From Dimorphilus gyrociliatus (lineage: Eukaryota > Animalia > Annelida): a stretch of 64,000 nt of DNA. Shown one piece after another: positions 41,213 to 52,533 of this stretch; position 1 is the stretch's first letter, and the number at the start of each line of letters is the position of its first letter. Where the stretch lies: positions 3,224,001-3,288,000 of the forward strand of contig CAJFCJ010000001.1 of assembly GCA_904063045.1 (NCBI GenBank). Direction: 5' to 3'. The notes beneath the pieces were generated by a model. It worked only from the letters and a program-made list of their open reading frames with translations, was not told the origin of the DNA and ran no database searches. Both the position numbers and the translations under genes were made by a program.

Positions 41213-42250
41213 ATTGTACTTTATATAGAAAAACTATAATTGATGTTGTTCCCTTATTTCATTTATCAGTAAATAGAAATAAATAATTCATTTACAATTG
41301 TAGTATGTTACTTTGGATGGTGATGATACCAGGAATCCAATGCTTCAGCAATCAGTTTTCAGAAGATGCTAAATATGTAATAAGGGATGTTGTATTGTAT
41401 ACAATAATGAAATGAGAAGTGAGGAGGTTTACATGTGACAAATTAAAATCTTAAAAGTATGTCTTTATTACTGAAATTCTGTTCAAAATGACTTTATACT
41501 AAAATATTCTATTATTTGCAATTGTCGAAAAAAATCTGAGCGTTAAGTGCGATGACTCTCCAAGTCTTATCATCTTCCAGGTATTACTGATAGTATGCAC
41601 AGTATAAATGATATTTGAGTGCATTTTGCTAAAAGTATGCATTTCTATATTATCTTTTCACATAACTTCATCAAACTATGCCAATTTATAGTTATTATCT
41701 TGGCTTAGTTTTCGTTACAGGTCTGAATAAATAGATTACCATTTCTTACAACGGCTAATTAAGGAGTGTTAACAAGGAATTTAAGTTGTTACTTTTTGAT
41801 TTTCGGAGAAAAAATTAATGCCATCTACTGTATAAAGTGAGAAATGAAAAGTTTTACAATGAAAAATAGACGCGACATCTTTGGTATGATAAAGATTAAA
41901 GGGAAGATAGGCCTGGGAAAACAACAACTGACTATCTTATGAATTCTTTAATACAAAATTTTTAATTTATCTCTATTAGATTGAAGGGGAAAAGATGTTC
42001 ATAGTATTAAATTTCATATTTTATGGTCAAAGAGTGGAAATACATTGGTGTTTCGTTACATGAACAAAAATCCCTAATTCCGTTGATAGTCGCATAGAAA
42101 TTATAATGAATTAATCCATATGGAAAATTAAAAATATGTTAACATATATATATATATATGCAAGGTGTATGTATGTCTATTAAAATTTTACAACTCTTAC
42201 TCTTTAACAAGGCTAGAAAGGGAAAGGAAAAGAGAAGAAAAACAGATAAT

Positions 42251-44770
42251 ATGTTGATCTTAAGGATTCAAGTCATCATTTGCAGACTTTTATATCTACT
42301 TCAAATAATTGAGTGTAGCGGATTGTTAAATATTTTTGAAGAACAAAAAGATCATTTAACCAGAGAGAGAAATGAGGCTCATATAAATATTGGATTGATT
42401 TCGTCTCTTCAACAACAAGTTGACCAATCTCAATGCAGTTTTTTAAATTCAACACTGCAATTAGCGTTTATCGAAGGTATGTATTTGGTGAAAAAAACTA
42501 TTGAAGATATTAATGAAAGTAATGATATTCTACCAAACATAACCCTTGGATATGTTTTTATTGATAATTGTAATCTATTTTCGAAAAGCGTAAGGAATTC
42601 AGTCAAGTTTTTACCAAGAATCTCTAATCAAATTTGTACTAAGAGCGATAAAGAACTGGAATACTATAACATTACGGCAGTAATTCCTACAACAAGTAGT
42701 TCTGATCTTGTTGGCTTCTCAGCGTTATTGAGTCAATTTAAAATACCACAATTAGCAACATTATCATCGAGTGATGAATTAAGCGACAAGGTCAGATTTA
42801 AGTATTTAGTTCGTATAGCTAGTCCAGATAAATTTCAAGCCCAAGCTCTGGTTGATTTTGCTTTAGAACATGAATGGAACTACATTTCTATCCTATATAT
42901 TGAAGGAAGTTATGGAGAAAATGGAGCTAAGCACTTACGGAAATTGTTTGCTAAAAGCGGTATCTGTATAGCTGTTGATGAAATGATTTCATTCGACAAC
43001 TCTATTGAGGATTTTGAAAAAGCATTAAAACTTATTAAAATGCATCCGAATTCAGAGATAATCATTATTTTCCTATATCCTAAAGAAATAAGCCTATTTT
43101 ACAATGCAATGGAAAGGGCTAAACTTTTAAATAAAAAATATATATTATCATCTGATGCATTGATGTATACGGCTATATCAAATGTCGGTAAACAAAGATC
43201 TTTTTATTCTTTTGCTATAGCATTCCAAACAGGAGATGTTCCCTCTGCAAGGCGCAAGTTAACTTCAATAAATCCTACAAAATATCCTAATCTCATATAT
43301 ATTAAACAATACTGGAAATTTTTATTCAACTGTACATGGGATACATCAATAAATTCAACAACTAAACCCTGCGATCCTAATGCTAATCTTAGTTCGATTA
43401 ATTATAAAGTATCAGCTTTATCAGTGGAATACGATTGTTTGCAAATATACGTACAGGCTATGCAGCGAATAGTACAAACGTTTTGTCCTGGTGTTTTCGG
43501 TTCGGATGCTGCTAAATGTATAACAGGAGAGAGAATTCTTCATGAACTTCGAACTGGTACCTTTAAAACTTCCCTTGGGAAAGTTCAATTCGATAACAAT
43601 GGCGATATTATAGGTGGATATAATATTGTTCAGTTCGTCGATGATGAAAAATACAATGTTATTGGCAAATGGAGTAGAGAAAGAGTAGGTGTTGAACTAA
43701 CGAAAGAAATTAAATGGCCTAAATCATATATTCCAATTTCGAAATGCAGTCATCCTTGTCCTCCAAAATATTACTATATCCATAAGGCAGTAATATGTTG
43801 TTGGGATTGTCGTCAATGTCGAAATAATGAAATTGTTATTGGCAATCGGACTGGATGTGAAGAGTGTCCCGAATTTTTTTGGCCAGATAAAGAGGCGTTG
43901 GAATGCGTAGCTATTGAAGCCGATTACCTAAAATGGTCAGATTTTGAAACAATCATCATATTAACATTAGCTATATTCGGTTTATTTCTATCTATATTAA
44001 TTACAAGCTTTATCATTTGGAAGAGAAATGAAAAATTAATAAAAGCCTCATCAATTCAGCTAACGGCAATTATCCTAATTGGGATTAAACTGTGTCTTAT
44101 GTCTACTTTCCTTTTCTTAATAAAACCAAACGACACCGTTTGCAGTTTAAGCAGATATCTATTTAATATCTCAAATAGTTTAATATACGCTCCATTAATT
44201 ATGAAAACAAATCGGGTGTTTAGAATCTTCTCATCGGCAAGGAAAGGAAATCAAAGTGTTAAATATACCAGTAACCGTTTTCAGGTACTGATGGCATTCC
44301 TACTTGTTCTTCTACAAGTTATACTAACGCTATTGTCGACTATCATTTCAAAGTACACAGCTGGTTTGAGACAAAAAATAAGAACTGAATCCTACGTTGA
44401 ACTTCAATGTTCTGTTGCACTGAGAGGGTTTATACCTAGTTTATCTTATAATATTGTCCTGGCATCAATTTCATCGTATTATGGCTTTTTAACTAGAAAA
44501 CTACCTGAGAATTTTAATGAAGCTTCTTATATTTTTGTTTCAGTATCGACAACTCTATTTGTATGGCTTGTTCTACTCCCCACATACTTTACAACCGAAA
44601 TTGCTAAATATCAATCTCTACTACTGGCTGCGACTTGTCTATTAAATTCATTGATAACATTACTCTGTTTATTTTTACCAAAACTATATGCTATATGGTT
44701 TATTGATGAACAGAACTTGAAAATAAGAACGGTATCGCTAAATACAGATAGTTCAGTTGCCCCTAATTAA
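42251..44770 (+). CDS. Class C GPCR paralogue C4, intronless, ~839 aa (in-frame upstream ATG at 42158 possible)
   Basis: Single ORF through all domains. CTA CAA GTT ATA is uninterrupted at the site where the paralogues carry an intron. A hydrophobic signal-like segment follows ATG 42251. Confidence 0.92.
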   Translation: MLILRIQVIICRLLYLLQIIECSGLLNIFEEQKDHLTRERNEAHINIGLISSLQQQVDQSQCSFLNSTLQLAFIEGMYLVKKTIEDINESNDILPNITLGYVFIDNCNLFSKSVRNSVKFLPRISNQICTKSDKELEYYNITAVIPTTSSSDLVGFSALLSQFKIPQLATLSSSDELSDKVRFKYLVRIASPDKFQAQALVDFALEHEWNYISILYIEGSYGENGAKHLRKLFAKSGICIAVDEMISFDNSIEDFEKALKLIKMHPNSEIIIIFLYPKEISLFYNAMERAKLLNKKYILSSDALMYTAISNVGKQRSFYSFAIAFQTGDVPSARRKLTSINPTKYPNLIYIKQYWKFLFNCTWDTSINSTTKPCDPNANLSSINYKVSALSVEYDCLQIYVQAMQRIVQTFCPGVFGSDAAKCITGERILHELRTGTFKTSLGKVQFDNNGDIIGGYNIVQFVDDEKYNVIGKWSRERVGVELTKEIKWPKSYIPISKCSHPCPPKYYYIHKAVICCWDCRQCRNNEIVIGNRTGCEECPEFFWPDKEALECVAIEADYLKWSDFETIIILTLAIFGLFLSILITSFIIWKRNEKLIKASSIQLTAIILIGIKLCLMSTFLFLIKPNDTVCSLSRYLFNISNSLIYAPLIMKTNRVFRIFSSARKGNQSVKYTSNRFQVLMAFLLVLLQVILTLLSTIISKYTAGLRQKIRTESYVELQCSVALRGFIPSLSYNIVLASISSYYGFLTRKLPENFNEASYIFVSVSTTLFVWLVLLPTYFTTEIAKYQSLLLAATCLLNSLITLLCLFLPKLYAIWFIDEQNLKIRTVSLNTDSSVAPN

Positions 44771-45902
44771 GTAGTTTATCCAATGATGTGTTCCTTCTCT
44801 GCATCTTATTTTCATGTTGTTGACTATATTTATTCATAGAGTATCTTAATATTTTATCTTGCCTATTTTACACTTTGTCGAGCAAATACACTAATATTTA
44901 ATGAAGCAATATGTCAATTAAACTTAAGTATATTATTAGATAATTAAACAAATTCTATATTAACAATTTTATTTCTTCGTTTTAGTCGTTTAATGCTCTT
45001 TAAAAATTAAATAATACAGACTTTATTAGATGAAAGTAGCACTATTCTGAAAATATTAACCTAGAAAAGAGGTAAACATGCCATCTACAGTCTATGCTGA
45101 GCTTTACATTTAGTATACCAGAAAAGAGTTAAATAACAGAATTTAAGGTTTTAGTATTTTCTAATGTATCCTTTAAATTGTAATTAGATAGTCTACTGTA
45201 TTCGAAGTTGGCGTAATGAGGAGAGGGAGAATTAAAAAAAAAACTTGGTCTTTGTGATAGCGAGGATGTATAGTTTTTTTAGTTCAAAAATCTAATAAAA
45301 AAGAAAAGAAGAAAGAAAGAGATAGATAGATTGATAGATAGATAGATAGAGGTACGTACACGATAAAGGTAACTAATTCTGTTTTGTATGGTTTCAATAA
45401 TTATAGGTACAAAGACTTGAGAATGTACTGTTACTTCAAAAAAATTACAAGAAAATGATGTATTAATAGCACCAATATATCCGTTAGTATGTATATATTA
45501 ATTTATTTACTGCAGACTGCAAGACGATAGTAGTCTAATGATTTAAATACAAAAGAGAGGGATACCTTACTACTGCATAGTTTATTAATAAAATTCTTAT
45601 TTAAATACAGAAATATAGAGTTCTTTGTAATATTCCAAGAAAATATAATAAAAACATTCACTCTTATTGAAGGTCTTTTTTTAAGCTAGTACAGTATGAA
45701 GTAACACGAAGTTGTGTCTTCTTAGTCTAAACAATTGTATGTATTTAACTCTGCTACATTCTTTATGAATATATTGAAATTACTTTACCGATTTCTTCAT
45801 AATACAGAAGCCGTTTAAATACTGCAAAGATTGTTTTAAGTATAGTAGAAAGAACATTGAAGGAAATAATAAAACACTTGGTGATATAAGCAAAATAGTC
45901 AA

Positions 45903-45907
45903 CCAAT
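45903..45907 (+). promoter_or_regulatory. CCAAT box upstream of C5
   Basis: TCAACCAATAG, 83 bp before ATG 45986. Confidence 0.45.
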
Positions 45908-45985
45908 AGCAAAGTATTAAACAACTCAACGCTCTCACTCTGTCTCTCTGTCTCTCACAAACTCTCTATCATCTTCTTGGTTAAC

Positions 45986-48900
45986 ATGTCAAGATTTATC
46001 CTGACCATAATTTCCTTCCACTTTATTCTTCAATTAATTCATTGTCTAAGCATCAAGAGGATTCAAGATAATAGTAAAATAATTACAAATGAAATTCAAT
46101 TAGCGGATATTAACATTGCGGTCTTGTCAACTGTTAGAGAACAGCCTTCAAAAAATAGCTGTAACGTTAAAAACTCTGCAATCAGCTCAAGATTCTTACA
46201 GAGCTTATATCTTGTAAAGAAAGGAATCGATGATGTTAATAGAGATGATAGTTTTCTTCCAAACATAACAATTGGATATGTTTTTATCGATACCTGTAAT
46301 TTGGTACCAAAAACTATTAAACATTCCGTTCAATTAATACCAAGAGTTAACGATCAAACATGCTCAAAGAGTAACCAAGAAATGGAGTATTTCGACATTC
46401 AAGCTGTAATTGCTTCAATAAGTAGTTCTGAATCAGTTCAATTATCATCTTTATTAAGTAGATTCAATATTCCTCAAATAAGTCCCATGTCAACAAGCGA
46501 CGATTTAAGCGATAAAGTAAGATATGAATACTTTACTCGAATTGTTAGTCCAGACAGATTTCAAGCTGAAGCTCTAACTGACTTTATCCTGGAATATCAC
46601 TGGAATTACGTATCAATACTATTTATTGAAGGAAGTTACGGAGAGAATGGAGCAAAACAACTGAGAAAATTGTCTTCCATAAAAGGCATTTGTATTGCTG
46701 TTGATGAAATGATCTCTTTGGATAATTCTATCGAAGATATAGAAAAAGCTGTAAAAAAAATTTCAAACCATCCTAATGCCGAAATAATTATCATATTCTT
46801 ATATCCAGGAGAAACAAAGATGCTGTATGATCAATTAGAAAAAGCCCAGCTTCTCAATATTAAATATGTTTTAGCGTCTGATGGAATGAGTTTTATTCAA
46901 ATACCAAGCGTTCTAGAAAAACGCGTATATAATACTTTCGGTATAGCTTTCCAGTATCGAAATGTTCCAGGATCCTTTGAGTTTCTAACAACTATAAATC
47001 CTGTAAGAAACCCAAACCTTCTTTACATAAATGATTATTGGAGTAGACTCTTTGATTGTACTTGGGAGAGAAATAATAACACTTCAAAAAAACTATGCGA
47101 TCCAGAAACAAATCTTACAGCAGCAAACTTTCAAATTGCAGCTGACTCTTTGGAATACGATTGCTTTCTTGTATTAATTAAAGCAATAAATAGAGTGATT
47201 CAAAGATTTTGTCCTGGTATATCGAGATCGAAAGTTCGAAATTGTGTGACTGGACAGAGGCTTTTAAAAGAGATACGAACTGGTTCGTTCAATACAACTC
47301 TTGGAAATATACAGTTTGATAAAAATGGGGATGTTTACGGTGGATATAATCTCGTTCAATATACTCACAATGGTAAATGGAATGTTGTCGGTCGTTGGAG
47401 CAGGGAGAAGCCTGGCGTAGAACCTCTCGAAAAAATCATATGGCCAGAATCATATGTTCCAGTTTCAGTGTGCAGCAAGCCATGTCCACCAAAGCATTAT
47501 TTTATCCAAAAGGCGGTGGTATGTTGTTGGGACTGTCGGAAGTGTCGAAACAATGAAATCGTTATTGACAATCGGACTGGATGCGAAGAGTGTCCCGAGT
47601 TTTTTTGGCCAGATAGAGAAGCGTTGAAATGCGTGGCTATAGAAGCTGACTACCTAAAGTGGTCTGATTTTGAAAGCGTCATAATATTGGCATCAGGCAT
47701 TGTAGGTCTGATTTGCGCATCACTTGTCTCTTTAATAATGATAGTGAAAAGAAGAGAAAAGCTAATACGAGCATCATCACTTCCTCTGACATCGATTATT
47801 CTATTCGCAATAAAGTTGAGTTTATTGACAACGTTTTTCTTTCTGATGAAGCCAAGCGATGGAATTTGTGGAGTGAATAGATACCTTTTTAGTATATCGA
47901 ATACTTTGATATACGCTCCAATAATAATGAAGACAAATCGAGTTTATAGAATATTCGCCTCTGCAAGAAAAGGCAATCAAACAACCAAGTTGATCAGCAA
48001 CCAATTTCAAATTGTTATGGCCATTTTTATTGTCTTTATTCAAGTGAGTGTTTTTCTTTTCCTTGTTGTTTCTTTCGTTTTTCTTTTTATCATTACTTTT
48101 ATTTTTTCTTTACCTTTTCCTCCTCCTCCTCCTCCTTCTTCTTCTTCGTTTACTTTTTTCCTTCTTCCTCTTTTTTTACTTTTTCTTCTCTTCCTTTCCT
48201 CCTCCTCTCTCTCCTATTTTCCTTTTCTTCCCTCTTCTCCTTCTTCCTTTCCTCCTCCTCTCTCTCCTACTTTCCTTTTCTTCCCTCTTCTCCTTCTTCC
48301 TTTCCTCCTCCTCTCTCTCCTACTTTCCTTTTCTTCCCTCTTCTCCTTCTTCCTTTCCTCCTCCTCTCTCTCCTACTTTCCTTTTCTTCCCTCTTCTCCT
48401 TCTTCCTTTCCTCCTCCTCTCTCTCCTACTTTCCTTTTCTTCCCTCTTCTCCTTCTTCCTTTCCTCCTCCTCTCTCTCCTACTTTCCTTTTCTTCCCTCT
48501 TCTCCTTCTTCCTTTCCTCCTCCTACTTCTCCTACTTTCCTTTTCTTCCCTCTTCTCCTTCTTCCTTTTCTCCTCCCTCTCCTTCTCCCTCTCACTCTTC
48601 TACTAGCTTAATATAAACAGAATTTATTTCGAGTCATCGAGTACACTTATTGCTATTCCGCTCCTCTTGTACAAAACAGATGATTTTGATGGTTCTATCG
48701 ACGATAATATCCGGAAACGAGGCGTCTTTGAAACAAAAAGTACGAACAGAAGATTATGTGGAATTGCATTGCAACTTACCACTGAAGGGCTTTCTGCCCT
48801 GTTTATCCTACAATATTTTGTTGGCGGCAATATCTTCATATTATGGATTTCTGACTAGAAAACTGCCAGAGAATTTTAATGAGGCGTCCTATATTTTCGT

Positions 48901-49135
48901 ATCAGTTTCAACAACATTTTTCGTTTGGTTAGTTCTACTTCCAGTGTATTTTACAACCGAAATAACAAAATATCAATCGTTGATATTAGCGGCCACATGT
49001 TTATTAAATTCTTTGATTACGCTTTTCTGTCTGTTTGCACCGAAACTATATGCCCTGTGGTTCATTGACGAAAATGATATACGATTTGTTTTTACCACAA
49101 GTTCAAATAGAGTAAGTACAAGTACAGCGGAATAG
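45986..49135 (+). CDS. Class C GPCR paralogue C5, ~837 aa; exons 45986-48043 and 48680-49135
   Basis: Same motifs; phase-0 intron CAA|gtgagt...aaacag|ATG (636 bp). Confidence 0.92.
48198..48568 (+). repeat. 53-bp polypyrimidine VNTR, 7 units (C5 intron)
   Basis: Units start at 48198, 48251, 48304, 48357, 48410, 48463, 48516 (last is a variant). Confidence 0.88.
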
Positions 49136-50355
49136 ACCACAGCAGGAGGAAAGGTAATTAATGCAATACAAGAAAAGAACCTGTCTATTATCGTACAAAC
49201 GATGTAAGTAATATTTTACATACGAGACCAACTGTTAAATGAAATACTGCAACATTCTACTGTATATGGATATGTTTTACATAATCCAATAGTTATCATA
49301 ATAAAATTACAAAGACTATACTTAAAGATTATTTTTGTTCTCGAGACACTTTTTCTGGTTGCTTTAAGAAAAAAAGAGAAATTTAGTGCCTGGAAGACAT
49401 TTAATCCTTGAATTATTTTGATGGAAAGATCAAATCAAAAATGTAATTTCTCTGTGTTTTTCTTTTTGATATTTTTTATCTACGTTCAGTTTATATAAGA
49501 TCTATAACAAAGAGAGAAAATCAGAAAGAGTTTTTAAAACGTTTACAGACTCCCCGTCTTTTTCTCTATCCATGTATCATCAGCCTTCCTATTTATCTAT
49601 GATCTATCTTTCTCTCTGTTTTTTTTTTGTAACAGAAAAAAAATTAAAGAAGGAGATATTGTAAGAAGTTCAAACATGGAAAGACTACACATTCATGTGA
49701 TTAATAGAAATAACATGTTTCCTTTTTCTTTTTCACTCTTTTTTGTTATTTAACAACGATTAATGTGCATCCCTCTACTTTTCTCTCTATCTGTCTGTAT
49801 GTCTGCCTGTCTGTCTACTTTTCTCTGTCTCTTTACATGCTCTACCTTAAGTTAAACACTTTTATATGCATTTTAAAAGGTTACTTATATGTCATTTTTT
49901 ATTAAATATAGCTTTGCTTTTATTCCCTTCCCCTTCTCGTACATTTGATATATTAGCCTGTGTCTGTTACATGAAATGTTGTGTTATTGAGAAGTACCAT
50001 CTAAAGTGAATTAGCTGTATATTGTGTAACAATAAACTATATTTATATTGCTATATAAAGTAAAGCTTGTCCTAAATTGAGAATAATTAAAGCATATAAG
50101 AAAAAATAAGTTGCAATACTTAAAGAACGTCAATGATATATTTCTGAGAAATTCTATAAGGTGTATTAATGACATGCTAAGGTGATATACTATCAAGCTT
50201 TTCTCATTGATGTTCCTCCCGGTAACAATTGAGTAGCTTGACTGTCTTTAATTACTTCTATTCCGGATAGTTGAAAGTCTTTATTATTTGGATCAAAGAC
50301 CTAATAAAAAAACAAAAGAGTTTTAATAAATTTTATAAAACAATTAGCGAATAAT

Positions 50356-51822
50356 TCAATCTTTTACTCTTATTTTCATTTCCGGTGTACTCTTTTCCAC
50401 TTCGCAAGAATAGACGCATGCTTTTTCTCCTTGTTTTGCGCTTGATCCCATTGGTTTACAAGACTTAAATACGGTATCTCCATGCCCAAAATCCATAATA
50501 ACATAATGTTCGCTTCTCGTACAAGGTGTTACAATTACAGTTATTTTACGTTCAACGTCTTGAAAGCTAAGATTAAGCTATTGAGATTTCAAAGATAAAG
50601 AATCTAGTAGCATCACTTTAAAGATTAAAATTACCGTAAAACAATTTAATAAATTACTTCCATTAATCTCAAGAAAAGTTTTAGGATTGTTATCTTTAAG
50701 AGCTGTAATGTCTAAATCTTGCTCTTTCATTTGGTATTTGGAGCAAACTCCAAGGCATCCGGATGAAAAAAAGACTTTTACAGGTATCCTCATCTCTAAT
50801 TAACAGAATGACAACCATGAATTATGTAAAAGGTTTTATAAGTAATATAATGTGTTATAAGTTTCTTTAAGAACTATATTCGTAATAGTTACGCAACTAT
50901 AAAAACATACCTGGAGGATTGCAGTTCTTTTTAAGCCATAGAATACCGCAATTGTTGTCATTCTTATCAATAAATTCCGTAATTTTAAAATCACCTTTCG
51001 TTATTTGTCTGTTATATAGAACGCACATTTGCTGTTTTTCTATTAAAACTAAGCTAAAACAAGGTACAGTATTATCGCAAGTTTGAAAGCATCTATCCTG
51101 AAATTTTCCATAGTTTTCCGTAGAATTAGAAGTAAGTATGGCGACAATATTAGCATCTTTTTCACTAGGAATCGAGACGAATCTATGCCTCTCGTAATAG
51201 CATTTATCTAGAAAAGAATAAATAGAATATGTATATTCATTATAATTTTTAAACTGTCTTAGTATACCACACGATTCCTTTTCTTTATATATGACGTTGT
51301 AATTTACTCCTGATTCGTGATTAAGCATATTCTTCCCATTTAAAGAGTTCCTTTGGAATTTTTTATTAAATAAAAAGCACGCAGTTGTCTCTTTTAATAC
51401 TTTATAAATGTATGAGAAACAATCTACAAAAAACAGGTTCAATTAGGTAAATTAATATTTCTTATCCTTCCTAAATTTGACCTTTAACCTTGTCTTTGAT
51501 CGCATTTTTCCATACAATTATTTTCTGTTAGGCGATGTAAAGGCCATTCTCCACCAACTTTGAAACTTTTAAAAGGTGGAAATTTTGGGTCAGGTACAAA
51601 ACTCTTTTTCGTATATTCGCATTTATTCCCTATTATTCAACACAGAAAATATAATGTAGTATAAAGAAAGTAGCATACATATATATATATATAATCCTTA
51701 CACAGTTTGGCTTCCGGTTTAATAAATGTATTAGTATTTATATTAGCATTAGAAACCGCTTTCTGTCCATTGATTGATAATAATAACATAGGAAATATTC
51801 TGAAAAAGGTAACATCAACCAT
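50356..51822 (-). CDS. Probably secreted protein with two PAN/apple-like domains and a Cys-containing C-terminal domain, ~385 aa; exons 51822-51702, 51629-51489, 51423-50911, 50795-50635, 50577-~50356 (3' end uncertain)
   Basis: All four introns are GT-AG and phase-consistent (72, 65, 115, 57 bp). PAN patterns NCMEKCDQRQDCFSY...ACFLF and RCFQTCDNTVPCFSL...MCVLY. Hydrophobic N-terminus. Confidence 0.7.
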
Positions 51823-52533
51823 TATTCCGTTATAAATACTGTATAACTTAAACAGTCTATATTAAAATAAATAGTACGAACAACATTGTGTAACAGATGT
51901 AAATAGAGAAAATAGTAAAAAAGAACGACAAGCTAAAAACAAGGGGCGTCTGTGTATTTTCTCTTGTTTTTTTCACAAGGTGAAAGATTCGGATTAACGA
52001 TAAAACTTAATCCTCATATGCGTAAAAAGTAATGGGTAGATTTTCAACTAACACTTGTTAATAGTAGTAAAGTTTGTAAAAACAACACCTGTTATTGCTG
52101 GTTGTTAAATTGTATTAAAGGTTTTTTTGAACTATATAATATCATAAGAACAAAGACTATTAACGATTAAGTGTCGCTTTTCTCACGTTTTTATGATAGA
52201 AAGATAGAAGATACACTGATATCGTCAAAATTAGAAATTTTGTTTTTTACTTTGTAAGATAAGTCAGAAGTAACAAAATATTTTCTTTGAACTTTTAACA
52301 GTTGCATTGTCAAATGAATTCTCTTATTTATCATCAGACAGTTTATGTTATTTATAAAAAGATACAATATACTTATAGTCCTATTATACGCATGAACGCA
52401 CATATCCAGACGAAAGTAGGACTTTAATTAACAACATCTTTTCTTTTATCATGGACTTTTAGGCTTACTTTGATAAAGTAACTTTTATAAATTGAGGTTC
52501 AAAATTATTAATTTATTACCAAAGTTGAATAAG

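Noticed and set aside
41320-41590. Box C/D-like words (GTGATGA, CTGA) between C3 and C4
   Set aside because: Spacing is wrong, there is no terminal stem, and the region is not intronic
42158-42250. ATG 42158 as the C4 start
   Set aside because: It is formed at the end of an (AT)n run and adds 31 mostly basic residues before the signal-like segment; 42251 gives the family-typical length. Not fully excluded.
48198-48568. Regular 53-bp repeats as a CRISPR-like array
   Set aside because: No unique spacers, low complexity, intronic, eukaryotic context
28145-49135. Naming the array genes as canonical GRM/mGluR orthologues
   Set aside because: R78 and K409 equivalents are lost, C-tails are short and the genes form a recent tandem cluster; no gene symbol is justified
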